The translations under genes were made by a program, and so were the position numbers. Under the pieces are notes generated by a model. That model did not search any database and was not told the origin of the DNA. It saw only the letters and a list, made by a program, of their open reading frames with translations. DNA of 64,000 nucleotides. It comes from Rhodothermales bacterium. Lineage in GTDB: Bacteria > Bacteroidota > Rhodothermia > Rhodothermales > Bin80. The DNA is taken from assembly GCA_965207565.1 (NCBI GenBank), contig CBDBMQ010000033.1, positions 4,325-68,324 on the forward strand, given 5' to 3'. This document shows, in pieces, positions 19,095 to 29,270 of the stretch; positions within the stretch are counted from its first letter, which is position 1; each line of letters begins with the position of its first letter.

Positions 19095-21275
19095 ATGCCG
19101 AAACCCTCCCTGGATCATCCCGTTCTCCGTGCAGCCGCCCACTGGCGAGACCGCTGCCTTTCAAATAATGGATCTGTCTTCACCGACAATCAGCTTTGGT
19201 CTTCGGAAAATATTGAATCTCTCGTCAAGTATTACGTAGAAAACCTAGACGAAGGAGAAGGAACCTTCTTTGAGAAACTTGAGAAACAGCTGGCTCCCGC
19301 ACCTAAAGCCGCGAAGCAGTTGGCCGCAGAAATGTTGTGGGTGATGTACCTGTTCCCCGTACCTCTCTCTATGCGTCCCAATACTAAGCTTGAACATATT
19401 CGTCGGGTCTGGGAATGGTCAGATGATTCATTCCCCGATGCTCCGTTTGACCTAAAAGACTCCCTTCGCTTGGGTATTGGGCATCCTGGCCAAGCTTACA
19501 ACTCAATTAAATGGCTAGAATTCCTCTTCTTCATCAAAATGATGCAAGAATGGTCACGCTTGGAAACAGAGCGGCACAATACGCTACTTGGAGACCCTTG
19601 GCGTTTCGCGGAATGGTTGGATAAACAGGAGGGAGCAGGGAATCGCCAACTTCGACACATTCTATTATACCTGCTGTTCCCCAAGAACTTCGAGCCCTTT
19701 GCCACGTCCTCTCAAAAGAAGATCATCGTGCGCGAATTCATGGATGAATTCGGGGAACAACCGGCATTATTAGACTACACGAACCTGATCGCCCTTGATC
19801 GAAAACTCTTCTCCATCCGAGACAAACTCTGTAAAGAAGGAGCCCCTCGCGATTTTGATTTCCACGACGACCCTTATCTGCAAATCTGGCGTCCAGATGA
19901 AAAAGATCTTGACCAATGGTATCAACAAAAATTCGAAAATACTCAGGTATGGGTGCTTGGGGAAGGCGAACTTGCTGGGTATTGGAAAGAGTTTCAGGAT
20001 AAGGGGATCATCTCGATCAAGTGGGATAAGCTCGGTGACCTCTTGGCTTACGATGATCAGCCAGCCATAACTGAAAAACTGAAGGACCTTTATGGCAAAA
20101 AGAATCCTCTCATGGATTCACTCGCCTGTCACCAGTTTGCCTGCGAGATGCAACCTGGCGACCATGTCATATTCAAGCGGAGCGGATCTCTGTTGTTGGG
20201 TTATGGGGTCATTGAATCCGACTACGAGTTCTACGAGACTCGTCAGAAATTACGACATGTGCGTCGCGTCAAGTGGAAAAAAATCGGCTCTTGGGACCTC
20301 CCCAAACCACGCCACATTACCACCAAGACTCTCACCGACTTTACTCTCTACAAAGAATGGCTCCAGTTCGCTTTTCGGTTAATGGAAGGGGCTGAACCGT
20401 ACACTAAAGAGGAAGCCTTGAAGGATCTTTTTCTTTCGGAGGAATTCTTTGACAACATCATCAATGCTTTAAACCGAAAGAAAAATGTTGTCCTTGAGGG
20501 GCCTCCCGGGGTCGGAAAGACATTCATCGCTAAGCGGCTGGCCTATATGGTAATTGGGTATAAGGCCCCCGAGAGGGTGCAGATGATCCAGTTCCACCAG
20601 AGCTATGCATACGAGGATTTTATCCAAGGATATCGTCCGAGTGAAAAGGGAGGATTCGAGCGACGTAACGGAATCTTCCATTCTTTCTGCCGCAAGGCTG
20701 CGGCCAACCCCAATAATCAATACGTGTTTATTATTGACGAGATAAACCGCGGGAACCTCAGCAAGATCTTTGGTGAGTTGATGTTACTCATTGAGGCCGA
20801 CAAGCGGGGACCCGAGTATGCCGTTCCGCTCACCTATTCGCCCGAAGATGAGCCCTTCCACGTTCCAGCGAATCTCCACCTGATCGGCATGATGAACACA
20901 GCGGATCGGTCTCTGGCAATGGTGGACTATGCTTTGCGAAGGCGATTCTCGTTCTTTCGCCTTGCTCCAGCCTTCGGGACCGACCAGTTCAGTAACTATC
21001 TTCAGAATAAGAATAACAGGGTTCCCAAGGAGCTCGCCAAAAAGATCAACGACCGGTTTTCATCTCTGAATGAAGAAATTCGTGCAGACCATGCAAACCT
21101 TGGCCCCGGCTTTGAGATCGGGCACAGTTACTTCTGTTCAAGTACCGGCGAGGAGGTGTTCGACGAATCCTGGTACAATGCGATTATCCAACAGGAAATC
21201 GAACCTCTACTCCGGGAATATTGGTTTGACAAGGCCGACATCGTAGACGAAGCGGTCCGCAAGTTACAGGAATGA
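19095..21275 (+). CDS. mcrB: McrB-family AAA+ GTPase (type IV restriction, specificity/motor subunit) with about 470-aa non-canonical N-terminal region
   Basis: C-terminal about 250 aa: Walker A LEGPPGVGKTF, FIIDEINRGNLSKIFGEL, GMMNTADRSLAMVDYALRRRFSF (McrB signature). The N-terminus is a helical region (aa 1-270) followed by a small beta-rich module (VWVLGEGELAGYWKEFQDKGIISIKWDKLGDL...PGDHVIF...GYGVIESDYEF...VRRVKW). Confidence 0.88.
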   Translation: MPKPSLDHPVLRAAAHWRDRCLSNNGSVFTDNQLWSSENIESLVKYYVENLDEGEGTFFEKLEKQLAPAPKAAKQLAAEMLWVMYLFPVPLSMRPNTKLEHIRRVWEWSDDSFPDAPFDLKDSLRLGIGHPGQAYNSIKWLEFLFFIKMMQEWSRLETERHNTLLGDPWRFAEWLDKQEGAGNRQLRHILLYLLFPKNFEPFATSSQKKIIVREFMDEFGEQPALLDYTNLIALDRKLFSIRDKLCKEGAPRDFDFHDDPYLQIWRPDEKDLDQWYQQKFENTQVWVLGEGELAGYWKEFQDKGIISIKWDKLGDLLAYDDQPAITEKLKDLYGKKNPLMDSLACHQFACEMQPGDHVIFKRSGSLLLGYGVIESDYEFYETRQKLRHVRRVKWKKIGSWDLPKPRHITTKTLTDFTLYKEWLQFAFRLMEGAEPYTKEEALKDLFLSEEFFDNIINALNRKKNVVLEGPPGVGKTFIAKRLAYMVIGYKAPERVQMIQFHQSYAYEDFIQGYRPSEKGGFERRNGIFHSFCRKAAANPNNQYVFIIDEINRGNLSKIFGELMLLIEADKRGPEYAVPLTYSPEDEPFHVPANLHLIGMMNTADRSLAMVDYALRRRFSFFRLAPAFGTDQFSNYLQNKNNRVPKELAKKINDRFSSLNEEIRADHANLGPGFEIGHSYFCSSTGEEVFDESWYNAIIQQEIEPLLREYWFDKADIVDEAVRKLQE

Positions 21276-22327
21276 AAATTTCTGTCCTCAACATCTATTA
21301 TCTTCTCTGCTACGCATGGGACTGCCTCGGAGAAGGCAAGACGGTTGATCTGGGATCCGAAAATTTTGACGGACCGATTGATTTGTTTGCCAAAGTTTTG
21401 AACGACGGTGTCTCACGGCTCCTTTCCCGGGGATTGGATCGCGACTATTTCGAAGTCCATGAGGACATCCGAGGAATCAAAGGCAAACTTGATCTTGCAA
21501 CCACAGTGAAGCGGAACCTGCTGCTGAACGGCAAGGCGCACTGCGTCTTCGACGAACTCAGCTACGATGTGCCTCAGAACCGAATCCTTAAAGCGACTCT
21601 TCGCAACCTGGCTCAGGTTAACACCCTGAACAAAAACCAAAAACAGCGGAGCGAACAACTGTATCGGAAGCTGAGTGCGGTCTCCGATGTCCGGCTCACC
21701 GCGAATATGTTTCACACAGTCCGAATCCACCGCAACAACCGGTTCTACGGTTTCCTCCTACACCTCTGCCATATCATCTATGAGAATCTCCTAATAAATG
21801 AAGTAGAAGGAACCGCCCAATTCCTTGACTTTCGCGAGGACGCTCAGAAAATGGGGAAAGTGTTCGAAGAATTTGTGAAAACATTCTGCAAACGAGAAAC
21901 GAGCTACCGGGTGAGTGCACCAAAAATCAATTGGTTCGAGGCGAAAGGAAGCGACAGTGCTCTGCAGCATCTTCCCAAGATGCAGACCGACATCGTATTG
22001 CGATCATCCGAACGCACGATAATCGTAGACACCAAGTTTTATAGCACTCCGCTGGATACGCGATGGGGGAGTGAGAAAATGAAATCAGCTCACCTCTACC
22101 AGATCTCCACTTACGTGACGAACTGGGCTGCTAAGGCCCCCTCTGATATTCCTGCTCCAGAAGGGTGGCTCCTCTATGCAGCAGTTGATCGGGATTTTGA
22201 CTTCCACTTTGAGCTCGTAGGGCGGCGATTTCGAGTATGTTCGATCAATCTGTCGCAGGAATGGAAGAAGATAGAGGAGGATCTATTGTTGTTGGTCGAA
22301 GAGAAAATCGGAATGGCGCGCCCGTAA
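21272..22327 (+). CDS. mcrC: McrC-family PD-(D/E)xK nuclease subunit of McrBC
   Basis: 351 aa. Start overlaps the mcrB stop (ATGA at 21272..21275). Nuclease core MQTDIVL...RTIIVDTKFYS...HLYQISTY. Confidence 0.85.
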   Translation: MKISVLNIYYLLCYAWDCLGEGKTVDLGSENFDGPIDLFAKVLNDGVSRLLSRGLDRDYFEVHEDIRGIKGKLDLATTVKRNLLLNGKAHCVFDELSYDVPQNRILKATLRNLAQVNTLNKNQKQRSEQLYRKLSAVSDVRLTANMFHTVRIHRNNRFYGFLLHLCHIIYENLLINEVEGTAQFLDFREDAQKMGKVFEEFVKTFCKRETSYRVSAPKINWFEAKGSDSALQHLPKMQTDIVLRSSERTIIVDTKFYSTPLDTRWGSEKMKSAHLYQISTYVTNWAAKAPSDIPAPEGWLLYAAVDRDFDFHFELVGRRFRVCSINLSQEWKKIEEDLLLLVEEKIGMARP

Positions 22328-22527
22328 AATAGGGGCTCGTTTCACTGGAATATTAGTGTCTTGTTCGAGCAGTAACCTGAAATTGACCATAGGCCCCATG
22401 TCAGAACCATCATGCCATCCAGGCTATCCCTGCCACCACGGGCATGCTCTACAAGAAACCATGCCAGACTGCGAGACCTGCGGATACCCTTATACCTCGT
22501 GCGAGTACCACAAATGGCAGCCTCACT

Positions 22528-23994
22528 TTATTTTCGCCGACCTCTATGTGGCTTGTTCTTCTGCCCGTCTCTTGGTTGCTGCCTGTGTGGATGCATTCGC
22601 GTCTGATTCAGTTCATCAACGAGCATTGCCATCAACTCAGGCTCCTCTTCCGTTAACGTCTTCACCATCGGTACAAACTGAGCAAGACGCTCCCGCTCCA
22701 GGTTGGTCTTGGCTCGCAGCTTCTCTTCAAGGACAACCGTGACGCGCTGGGACGTACGCTCGGCAACTTCTTCGGGGGTTGGTAACTGTCGTTTTTCCAT
22801 CTGAATATCAAATCGGTGTGCAATGGCTTTGAGTTGCGATTCCTCTTCCCAAGAGGCAAGTGTGATCGCTACACCTGCCTTACCGGCTCGGGCCGTTCTG
22901 CCCGTGCGGTGAATATAAAGCTGTGGCTCCAACGGCGCCTCATACTGGAAAACATGACTGAGCTCAGAGATATCAATCCCTCTCGCCGCCACATCCGTTG
23001 CCACCAGAAGACGGATACGCTTCTGCCGCAGTCGGTGCATCTCTTTCTCTCGTGCCTGCTGGGAATAGTCGCCACTGATTGCCCCAACGCTAAACCCGTA
23101 ATTGTGCAAAAAATCCGCCAAGAAAGAGACCTCACGTCGGGTATTTGTAAATATGATCGCAGAATCCGGATTTTCAAACTCAACCAGCCTCGATAATGCA
23201 CGTGCACGTTCCATCGGATCCAGAACGATATAGTAACGATGGTCTATCGTCGCTACACCGACGCCGTCTGCACTGAGTCCGAGAAACCGGGGTTTGCTTA
23301 GAAACTCTTTTCCCAATAATCGGACTTTTGGTGGCATGGTTGCACTGAACATGCACGACTGACGCACCTTCGGCAAATAAGACTTTAGAGCAACCATCGC
23401 CGGATAGAAGCCCATTGAGAGCATTTCGTCCGCCTCATCGAGAATAAACGCTCGCAACTTCTGTAGGCTAAATGTGCGGCGTTCCAAGTGATCTAGGATC
23501 CGCCCCGGCGTACCAATGACAACCTGAGATCCTCCCTTGAGCCCACTCAACTGCTTTTTATATCCCACCCCTCCATAAACCAAAATGCCTTTGAGCGTTT
23601 CCGGGATCGGATTCACTCGCTTGAATTCGTCGTAAATCTGACCTGCCAACTCCCTTGTTGGCGTAAGCACAAGCGCCTGGGTCGCACGTAAGGAGGGGTC
23701 CAGGCTGTCAAAAAGGGGTAAAAGGAAGGCGCCTGTCTTGCCAGATCCTGTGCGGGATTGCACAATCAGATCCTGCCCTGAAGCCATGTAGGGAATCGAA
23801 TGTGCCTGAACGGGCATCAGGCCCGGCCAACCGCTCTTTTCAAATGCAGCACGCGCACCAGCGCCCAGCGAGTCAGGGATTGCCTGCTCGACCTCAGGGT
23901 CCAGTACGTCAAAGCTCTGCTCTGCCGCAGACTCACGGCTGGATTGCTGAGCCCTTGATGAAAAATCTAGGCGTGTCGTAAAAGGCTTCGTCAC
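22528..23994 (-). CDS. DEAD-box ATP-dependent RNA helicase
   Basis: 488 aa. Q-motif region, SRTGSGKTGAFLLP, LDEADEML, SAT, HRTGRTARAG, and a basic C-terminal tail. GTG start. Confidence 0.92.
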   Translation of the reverse strand: MTKPFTTRLDFSSRAQQSSRESAAEQSFDVLDPEVEQAIPDSLGAGARAAFEKSGWPGLMPVQAHSIPYMASGQDLIVQSRTGSGKTGAFLLPLFDSLDPSLRATQALVLTPTRELAGQIYDEFKRVNPIPETLKGILVYGGVGYKKQLSGLKGGSQVVIGTPGRILDHLERRTFSLQKLRAFILDEADEMLSMGFYPAMVALKSYLPKVRQSCMFSATMPPKVRLLGKEFLSKPRFLGLSADGVGVATIDHRYYIVLDPMERARALSRLVEFENPDSAIIFTNTRREVSFLADFLHNYGFSVGAISGDYSQQAREKEMHRLRQKRIRLLVATDVAARGIDISELSHVFQYEAPLEPQLYIHRTGRTARAGKAGVAITLASWEEESQLKAIAHRFDIQMEKRQLPTPEEVAERTSQRVTVVLEEKLRAKTNLERERLAQFVPMVKTLTEEEPELMAMLVDELNQTRMHPHRQQPRDGQKNKPHRGRRK

Positions 23995-23997
23995 AGG

Positions 23998-24726
23998 CTA
24001 CATGGATAAGCCGCCGTCAACACCAAGAATCTGTCCCGTAATGTAGGACGCTTCCTCTGAGGCGAGAAACAGCACCGGTGCTGCAATTTCCTCAGGCACC
24101 GCCGTGCGACGAACGGGAATGGTGTCTAACAAGCTCTCTTTTACCTTCGGGTTGATGGCATTCGTCATATCCGTCTCTACGAATCCAGGGGCCACCACAT
24201 TCACCGTAACCCCGCGTGTTGCAAGCTCCTTGGCTAAACTTTTTGAGAGACCAACAATACCGGCCTTGGAGGCAGCGTAATTTGCCTGACCTGCGTTCCC
24301 GGTACCACCAATCACGGAAGAGATATTAATGATGCGACCATAGCGCTGACGCATCATGATCCGGCAAACCGCTTTACTGTAATTAAAAACACTCTTGAGG
24401 TTTGCGCTAATGACTTGGTCCCAGTCGGATTCGCTCATACGCATCATCAAACTGTCACGCGTAATCCCTGCATTGTTCACCAAAATATCTACGCCACCCC
24501 AAGCCTTTACGACATCCTCAACTACCTGCTCTGCAGCCTGAAAATCTGCTGCATCACACTGAAATGCAAGCCCGCCAACCTCCTGCTTCAACTGCTCTGC
24601 GACTTCTGTACTGCTTCGATAAGTGAACGCAACCTGTGCTCCCTTATCTGAAAATGTCTCAACGATTGCGCGACCAATGCCGCGAGTACCGCCGGTTACC
24701 AGAATACGAGATTTATTGAATTCCAT
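23998..24726 (-). CDS. fabG: 3-oxoacyl-[ACP] reductase FabG
   Basis: SDR motifs VTGGTRGIGRAI, NNAG, YAASKAG. The ATG at 24726 (MEFNKSRILVTGG) is preferred; the ORF-track GTG at 24738 is the alternative. Confidence 0.92.
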   Translation of the reverse strand: MEFNKSRILVTGGTRGIGRAIVETFSDKGAQVAFTYRSSTEVAEQLKQEVGGLAFQCDAADFQAAEQVVEDVVKAWGGVDILVNNAGITRDSLMMRMSESDWDQVISANLKSVFNYSKAVCRIMMRQRYGRIINISSVIGGTGNAGQANYAASKAGIVGLSKSLAKELATRGVTVNVVAPGFVETDMTNAINPKVKESLLDTIPVRRTAVPEEIAAPVLFLASEEASYITGQILGVDGGLSM

Positions 24727-24739
24727 GCTTTTTGTCACA

Positions 24740-25681
24740 TCAGTCAGACAGGAACGCGGTTACCGCCTCTGCGGTGGGGATAGAAATCGCATCTGCCCCG
24801 CGCCCCAATGTCTGACGCACTAAACCATTTAGAACACGCCCGGGTCCCACTTCAATAAATTTCAGGTTTTCCGGCATGTTTTGAAGCGTCTGGAACCAAC
24901 GTACAGGACTGGTAAGCTGCTCCAGCATTCGGGCTCGAATATGTTCGGGGTCCAAAGCTGGCTGTGCGGTCACATTCAGGTAGATCGGGCATACGGGGGG
25001 GCGCAGTGTCACTGTCGCCAGTTCCTGTGCCAGAGCCTCACGTGCCTCCGAAACCAATGGAGAATGGAACGCGCCGCTTACAGGAAGCTGGACAAGTTTT
25101 CTTGCCCCCGCATTCCTGAGAATGTCTTCGACTGCATGAAGTGCTACGGTATTTCCAGAAATTACCGTCTGCCGGGGAGCATTGTAGTTCGCACACACCA
25201 CAATGGATTCCGCAGAACTAACCTCTCTACATGCGGCATCCACAATTTCACCTGAGAGTCCCACCACGGCGGTCATCCCTGCAGAACGCCCGTTCCCCGC
25301 CATCGCCATGAGTTCTCCCCTTCGACGCACCAGACGCAGTCCGTCTTCAAATAAAAGCGCTCCGCATGCGTGCAGTGCACCGTATTCTCCCACGCTGTGA
25401 CCCGCCACAAAGTCAGGAGCCAGATCAAGGGCCGCCAAGACTGCTATGGAGTGTGTGTAGAGTGCGGGCTGGCAGATTGCCGTGTCCGTTAACTTCTCCA
25501 GAGCCCGAGGATCCTCCTCTATGCTTCGAAAACAAAATTCCGTAAGTGGAATTCCGAGAATCTCATCTGCCGCCTCAAAAATAGCCCGTGACCTGGGGAC
25601 CTCATGGAATAGATCCGCACCCATACCGGGCACCTGGGATCCCTGTCCCGGAAATAATATCGCGAGTTGCTTATCCGCCAT
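24740..25681 (-). CDS. fabD: malonyl CoA-ACP transacylase FabD
   Basis: FPGQGSQ and GHSVGEY motifs. The ATG at 25681 ([16 protein letters not shown]) was chosen and overlaps the fabH stop by 11 nt. Confidence 0.92.
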   Translation of the reverse strand: MADKQLAILFPGQGSQVPGMGADLFHEVPRSRAIFEAADEILGIPLTEFCFRSIEEDPRALEKLTDTAICQPALYTHSIAVLAALDLAPDFVAGHSVGEYGALHACGALLFEDGLRLVRRRGELMAMAGNGRSAGMTAVVGLSGEIVDAACREVSSAESIVVCANYNAPRQTVISGNTVALHAVEDILRNAGARKLVQLPVSGAFHSPLVSEAREALAQELATVTLRPPVCPIYLNVTAQPALDPEHIRARMLEQLTSPVRWFQTLQNMPENLKFIEVGPGRVLNGLVRQTLGRGADAISIPTAEAVTAFLSD

Positions 25682-26696
25682 GGGATTGCTCTTTGGGGAG
25701 ATGGCTGTACGACCAGCGTATATAGGTCGCTCCCCAGGTAAACCCTCCACCAAACGCAGCGATCACAATCTTATCTCCCTTTTTCAATTGATTCTCCCAA
25801 TCATGCAGACACAGCGGAATCGTCGCTGCTGTTGTGTTCCCATATCTGGAAATGTTGAGCATCACGCGATCAAGACCCAGTCCCATTCGACGTGCAACTG
25901 CATCTATGATACGTTGATTTGCCTGATGAGGAACCAGGTAGCGTACATCGTCCCCGGTAAGGTGATTGCGCTCCATGATTTCAGCTGCCACGTCCGCCAT
26001 ACCCTTCACTGCAACTTTGAAGACCGCTCTACCATCCTGATAGATATAGTGCATTTTTTTGTCTACGGTATCGTGCGTGGCCGGATGACGGCTCCCTCCT
26101 CCCAACATGCACAGCGACTCCCAGCCACGCCCATCCACATGGAGTACAGAGTCCATCAGGCCATATCCATCGGGAGCCGCTTCCAGGAGTACCCCTGCTG
26201 CGGCATCCCCAAAGAGAACACATGTCTTTCGGTCAGTATAGTCTGTAATACTGCTCATCTTATCTGATCCTATCACCAATACCTTCGCTGCCCGCCCACT
26301 CTCAATTAAGCCGGCTCCCGTGTTGAGCGCAAAAAGGAACCCACTACAGGCTGCTGATAAATCAAATCCCCAAGCGTTACTCGCTCCGAGTTCCGCCTGA
26401 ACCAGACAGGCCGTCGCGGGAAAAGCCATGTCTGGTGTGACGGTAGCGACAATAATGGCATCAATCTCCTTCGCGGAGACCCCTCGCTTTTCCAGGATCT
26501 CCTGTCCTGCACGAGCGGCCATGTAAGATGTCCCCTTGCCCTCATCCGTAAGAATCCGGCGCTCTTCTATGCCGGTTCTAGCCCTGATCCAGGCATCATT
26601 GGTATCCACCATTTCGCTCAGATCCTGATTGGTCAACCGCCTCTCCGGCAGATAGTGACCAACCGCTGTGATCGCTGCATGTGCTTCAAGACCCAT
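25671..26696 (-). CDS. fabH: 3-oxoacyl-[ACP] synthase III FabH
   Basis: 341 aa. Active-site [23 protein letters not shown]. Confidence 0.95.
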   Translation of the reverse strand: MGLEAHAAITAVGHYLPERRLTNQDLSEMVDTNDAWIRARTGIEERRILTDEGKGTSYMAARAGQEILEKRGVSAKEIDAIIVATVTPDMAFPATACLVQAELGASNAWGFDLSAACSGFLFALNTGAGLIESGRAAKVLVIGSDKMSSITDYTDRKTCVLFGDAAAGVLLEAAPDGYGLMDSVLHVDGRGWESLCMLGGGSRHPATHDTVDKKMHYIYQDGRAVFKVAVKGMADVAAEIMERNHLTGDDVRYLVPHQANQRIIDAVARRMGLGLDRVMLNISRYGNTTAATIPLCLHDWENQLKKGDKIVIAAFGGGFTWGATYIRWSYSHLPKEQSHGG

Positions 26697-26713
26697 GATC
26701 CGATAATTTTATT

Positions 26714-27715
26714 TCAGGGAGCCAAAACTTTTTGAATTGCATTGGTCAAGTTGGCTTTGGCCGCCTGCGCAGCAGTCTTGATACACTGTTCCACGGCACC
26801 GGCGGTTGTGGATCCATGCAGGATAAACACTTCTCCCTCAACTCCCAGTAGCGGACCTCCTCCTCCATAATTCTCGGGATCGAATCGGCGGGCAAGCCTC
26901 GAAAGGGCTTTTGTTAGCAGAGCAACCTCGGTTGGCTTTGCCTTCAATTGGTCCATCTCCTGCTGAATCATTTCCGGCACGGCCGTCATAATGCTCTCCC
27001 CAAATTTAAGAATCACATTACCGATGAAACCATCACACACAATAACATCTGCTTTTTGGTGTAGAATATCACGACCTTCCACATTCCCGATAAAATTCAA
27101 ATCTATGTCGCCTAGTAACAGTTCGTGCGTGGATCGTACAAGCTCATTCCCCTTGGCCTGCTCTTCTCCGACACTCAGCAGTGCAACTCGCGGATGTGCG
27201 ATGTCCATCATGATCCGGGCATATGCGGACCCCATTTTTGCAAATTGCTGCAGATGTTCGGGGCGGCTATCCATATTGGATCCCACATCCAGGATTGTGC
27301 AGGCACCTTTGGTCGTTGGATAGAGTGTCGTTATGGATGGTCGAAACACGCCTGGAAGCCGACCCAGTACAAAAAGCGAAGCTGCTGTGACCGCTCCGGT
27401 GTTACCCGCACTCAAAAATGCATCTGCTCGACTTTCTTTATGTCTGCTGAGTCCCACATGAATGGATGAGTTCGGTTTTGTGCGGACAGCAGCAACCGGA
27501 GAATCCCCCATCCCTATGACCTCCGGGGCGTGAACCACTTCAATCCCTGAAACAGCTCCGAAGCTCTCCAATACGGGCTGAACGACCGTCTCTGGACCAC
27601 AAAGTTGAATCTGTAACCGTCCCTTGGAAGACTGTGCGGCTCGCACGGCACCCTCCACAATGACTGTGGGGGCCTGGTCTCCGCCCATTGCATCGACTGC
27701 TACACGAATCGCCAT
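26714..27715 (-). CDS. plsX: phosphate acyltransferase PlsX
   Basis: 333 aa. VAVDAMGGDQAP N-terminus. Conserved rpmF-plsX-fabH synteny. Confidence 0.95.
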   Translation of the reverse strand: MAIRVAVDAMGGDQAPTVIVEGAVRAAQSSKGRLQIQLCGPETVVQPVLESFGAVSGIEVVHAPEVIGMGDSPVAAVRTKPNSSIHVGLSRHKESRADAFLSAGNTGAVTAASLFVLGRLPGVFRPSITTLYPTTKGACTILDVGSNMDSRPEHLQQFAKMGSAYARIMMDIAHPRVALLSVGEEQAKGNELVRSTHELLLGDIDLNFIGNVEGRDILHQKADVIVCDGFIGNVILKFGESIMTAVPEMIQQEMDQLKAKPTEVALLTKALSRLARRFDPENYGGGGPLLGVEGEVFILHGSTTAGAVEQCIKTAAQAAKANLTNAIQKVLAP

Positions 27716-27754
27716 ATGTCCTCAGCCTAAGTTTGGGACAACCCGTGGCCTTTG

Positions 27755-27946
27755 CTATACGTCAACTGTCCGCTCTACAATCTGACGACCCCGGTAGGTC
27801 CCGCAACTCGGACAAATACGGTGTCGCAGTTTCACGTTACCACACTGCTCGCACTCCGCTGTACTTGGAGCACTAAGACTGCCATAGTACACACTTCTGC
27901 GTTTGCGTGTACGGGATTTTGAATGTTTTCTTCTTGGATTGGCCAT
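27755..27946 (-). CDS. rpmF: 50S ribosomal protein L32
   Basis: 63 aa, MANPRRKHSKSRTRKRR, with CxxC...CxxC zinc ribbon. Confidence 0.95.
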   Translation of the reverse strand: MANPRRKHSKSRTRKRRSVYYGSLSAPSTAECEQCGNVKLRHRICPSCGTYRGRQIVERTVDV

Positions 27947-27954
27947 TACATTAT

Positions 27955-28431
27955 TTATTTATGGGAATACTCCTCACGAACAGCTAGCAACGCTGACCAG
28001 CGCTGATCTGCTTCCGTGGCGGGAGCGCCAAAAACGGTTTGAATTTGTAGTTCCTCTGCTTCCGGTGCAACTTTTCTGGCAGGAATCGCCAGCATTAATG
28101 TATCGCGAATGGTCTCCGTCAAGTCGAATACACGCTGTTTCGGCTCAAGTCCAACCTGCTCAATCATGTCCTCTTCGGGTGGCTTTTGACCGTAAGTGTA
28201 TAACAACATTTCGTGAACATTGGCAACGGGCGCAACGAATTCTTGCAGTGTCCGATCACATTCCAAACATGCCTTCGCACGGACCTCTAGCGTAACATGT
28301 ACCGCCCCGTCCAATTGCTCAACCTCCAAATGTGCCTGAATTTCTGAAAACTTCGCTTGATCCAAGCCCAAATCCGAAGCAAAAACTTCAAAGCTGCCCC
28401 CCTGGGGGGCGGATAAGTCGAACTTGATCAT
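27955..28431 (-). CDS. yceD: YceD/DUF177 family protein (23S rRNA accumulation protein-like)
   Basis: Conserved position upstream of rpmF. CLECDRTLQEF-type motif and acidic C-terminus. The start is uncertain: the ATG at 28431 (MIKFDLS) is preferred and the ORF-track start is 28569. Confidence 0.75.
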   Translation of the reverse strand: MIKFDLSAPQGGSFEVFASDLGLDQAKFSEIQAHLEVEQLDGAVHVTLEVRAKACLECDRTLQEFVAPVANVHEMLLYTYGQKPPEEDMIEQVGLEPKQRVFDLTETIRDTLMLAIPARKVAPEAEELQIQTVFGAPATEADQRWSALLAVREEYSHK

Positions 28432-28569
28432 CACTTTTTTGCCAAACAGTACGGGTAAACCCTCGATCCGCACTTCAGGTTTCCTATACCACCTGTCAGG
28501 AAAAGCCCTGGAGACCTGGCACCTTCTTTGTTCTATCGCCCGGGTTCTGCTGAATTTTGCGTGAATCAT

Positions 28570-29270
28570 CCATCAGAGAACATATTTAAGTCCTGCTCAG
28601 CGAAAGGTCAATGGCGCTGATTTCTTGCCGTGCCTAGGCTTCCCCGCGGTCCAATTTTCGGGTTGGAATGTCTGCCCTCGCTGCGGTTGTCCGGTGATGT
28701 TGGTTCGTACCTCTGCCAAACCTTGATGGCTTCGCTCTTTTGCGCAGCCTATGCTTCCTTCCCCTTCGATGACTGACTCCTTTTTGACCACCCGCTCCCG
28801 CATAAGCAGTTTCGCATTTAGACACACCCTTCAGTCAATTATGCCACCTCCCCAAAAGCCTCGTAAAATCCGCTACTGCCGCGCACACCAACCAGAAATT
28901 TCTTCGTTGGATGAAAATGTTTTCAAAAAGACCTCCAAACTGTGAATAAGTTGTGAGTATCCTGATCTCCCTTCCCGAAAATTCCAGAATCTCCCCCTTT
29001 TTCTTCCCACTGAGACGTGATTTAGCCCGGTTTTGGCCCTGTTTTGCACTATTTACCCCCCAAAAGTTCCTCTTAAGCCTGCCTAATGCCCATAATCCAA
29101 ATTTTGCTCTGATTTTGTTTTTCGGTAATTTTTGTGAACAAGTTGTGGATAACTCTTGGATCCTTCTTTCTGAAGTGCGTTTTCATTTCGTATCTTTGAC
29201 CACGCAGAGCATTTATTTCCTTCTGCTAAATCACAACCAGCTTGCCCGGCTACTACGAACCTAATCCTTT
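28570..29270. other. candidate oriC / dnaA promoter region
   Basis: 700-bp non-coding region between the divergent yceD-rpmF and dnaA. It carries one perfect DnaA box TGTGGATAA (29144..29152) and near-boxes TGTGAATAA (28941..28949), TGTGAGTAT (28952..28960) and TGTGAACAA (29133..29141). An AT-rich stretch lies at 29095..29135. Coding-strand polarity of the flanking core genes switches here. Confidence 0.65.

Noticed and set aside
22356-22742. Cys/His-rich 128-aa ORF (CHPGYPCHHGH..CETCGYPYTSCEYHKW) downstream of mcrC, considered as a small zinc-binding third component of the McrBC operon
   Set aside because: More than half of it overlaps the 3' end of the strongly supported DEAD-box helicase on the opposite strand. 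It has no family resemblance, and the composition is compatible with chance in this frame.
28597-28827. Short minus-strand ORFs (76 and 63 aa) in the dnaA upstream region
   Set aside because: They give highly basic, low-complexity translations with no homologue recognised. The region is better interpreted as origin and promoter DNA.
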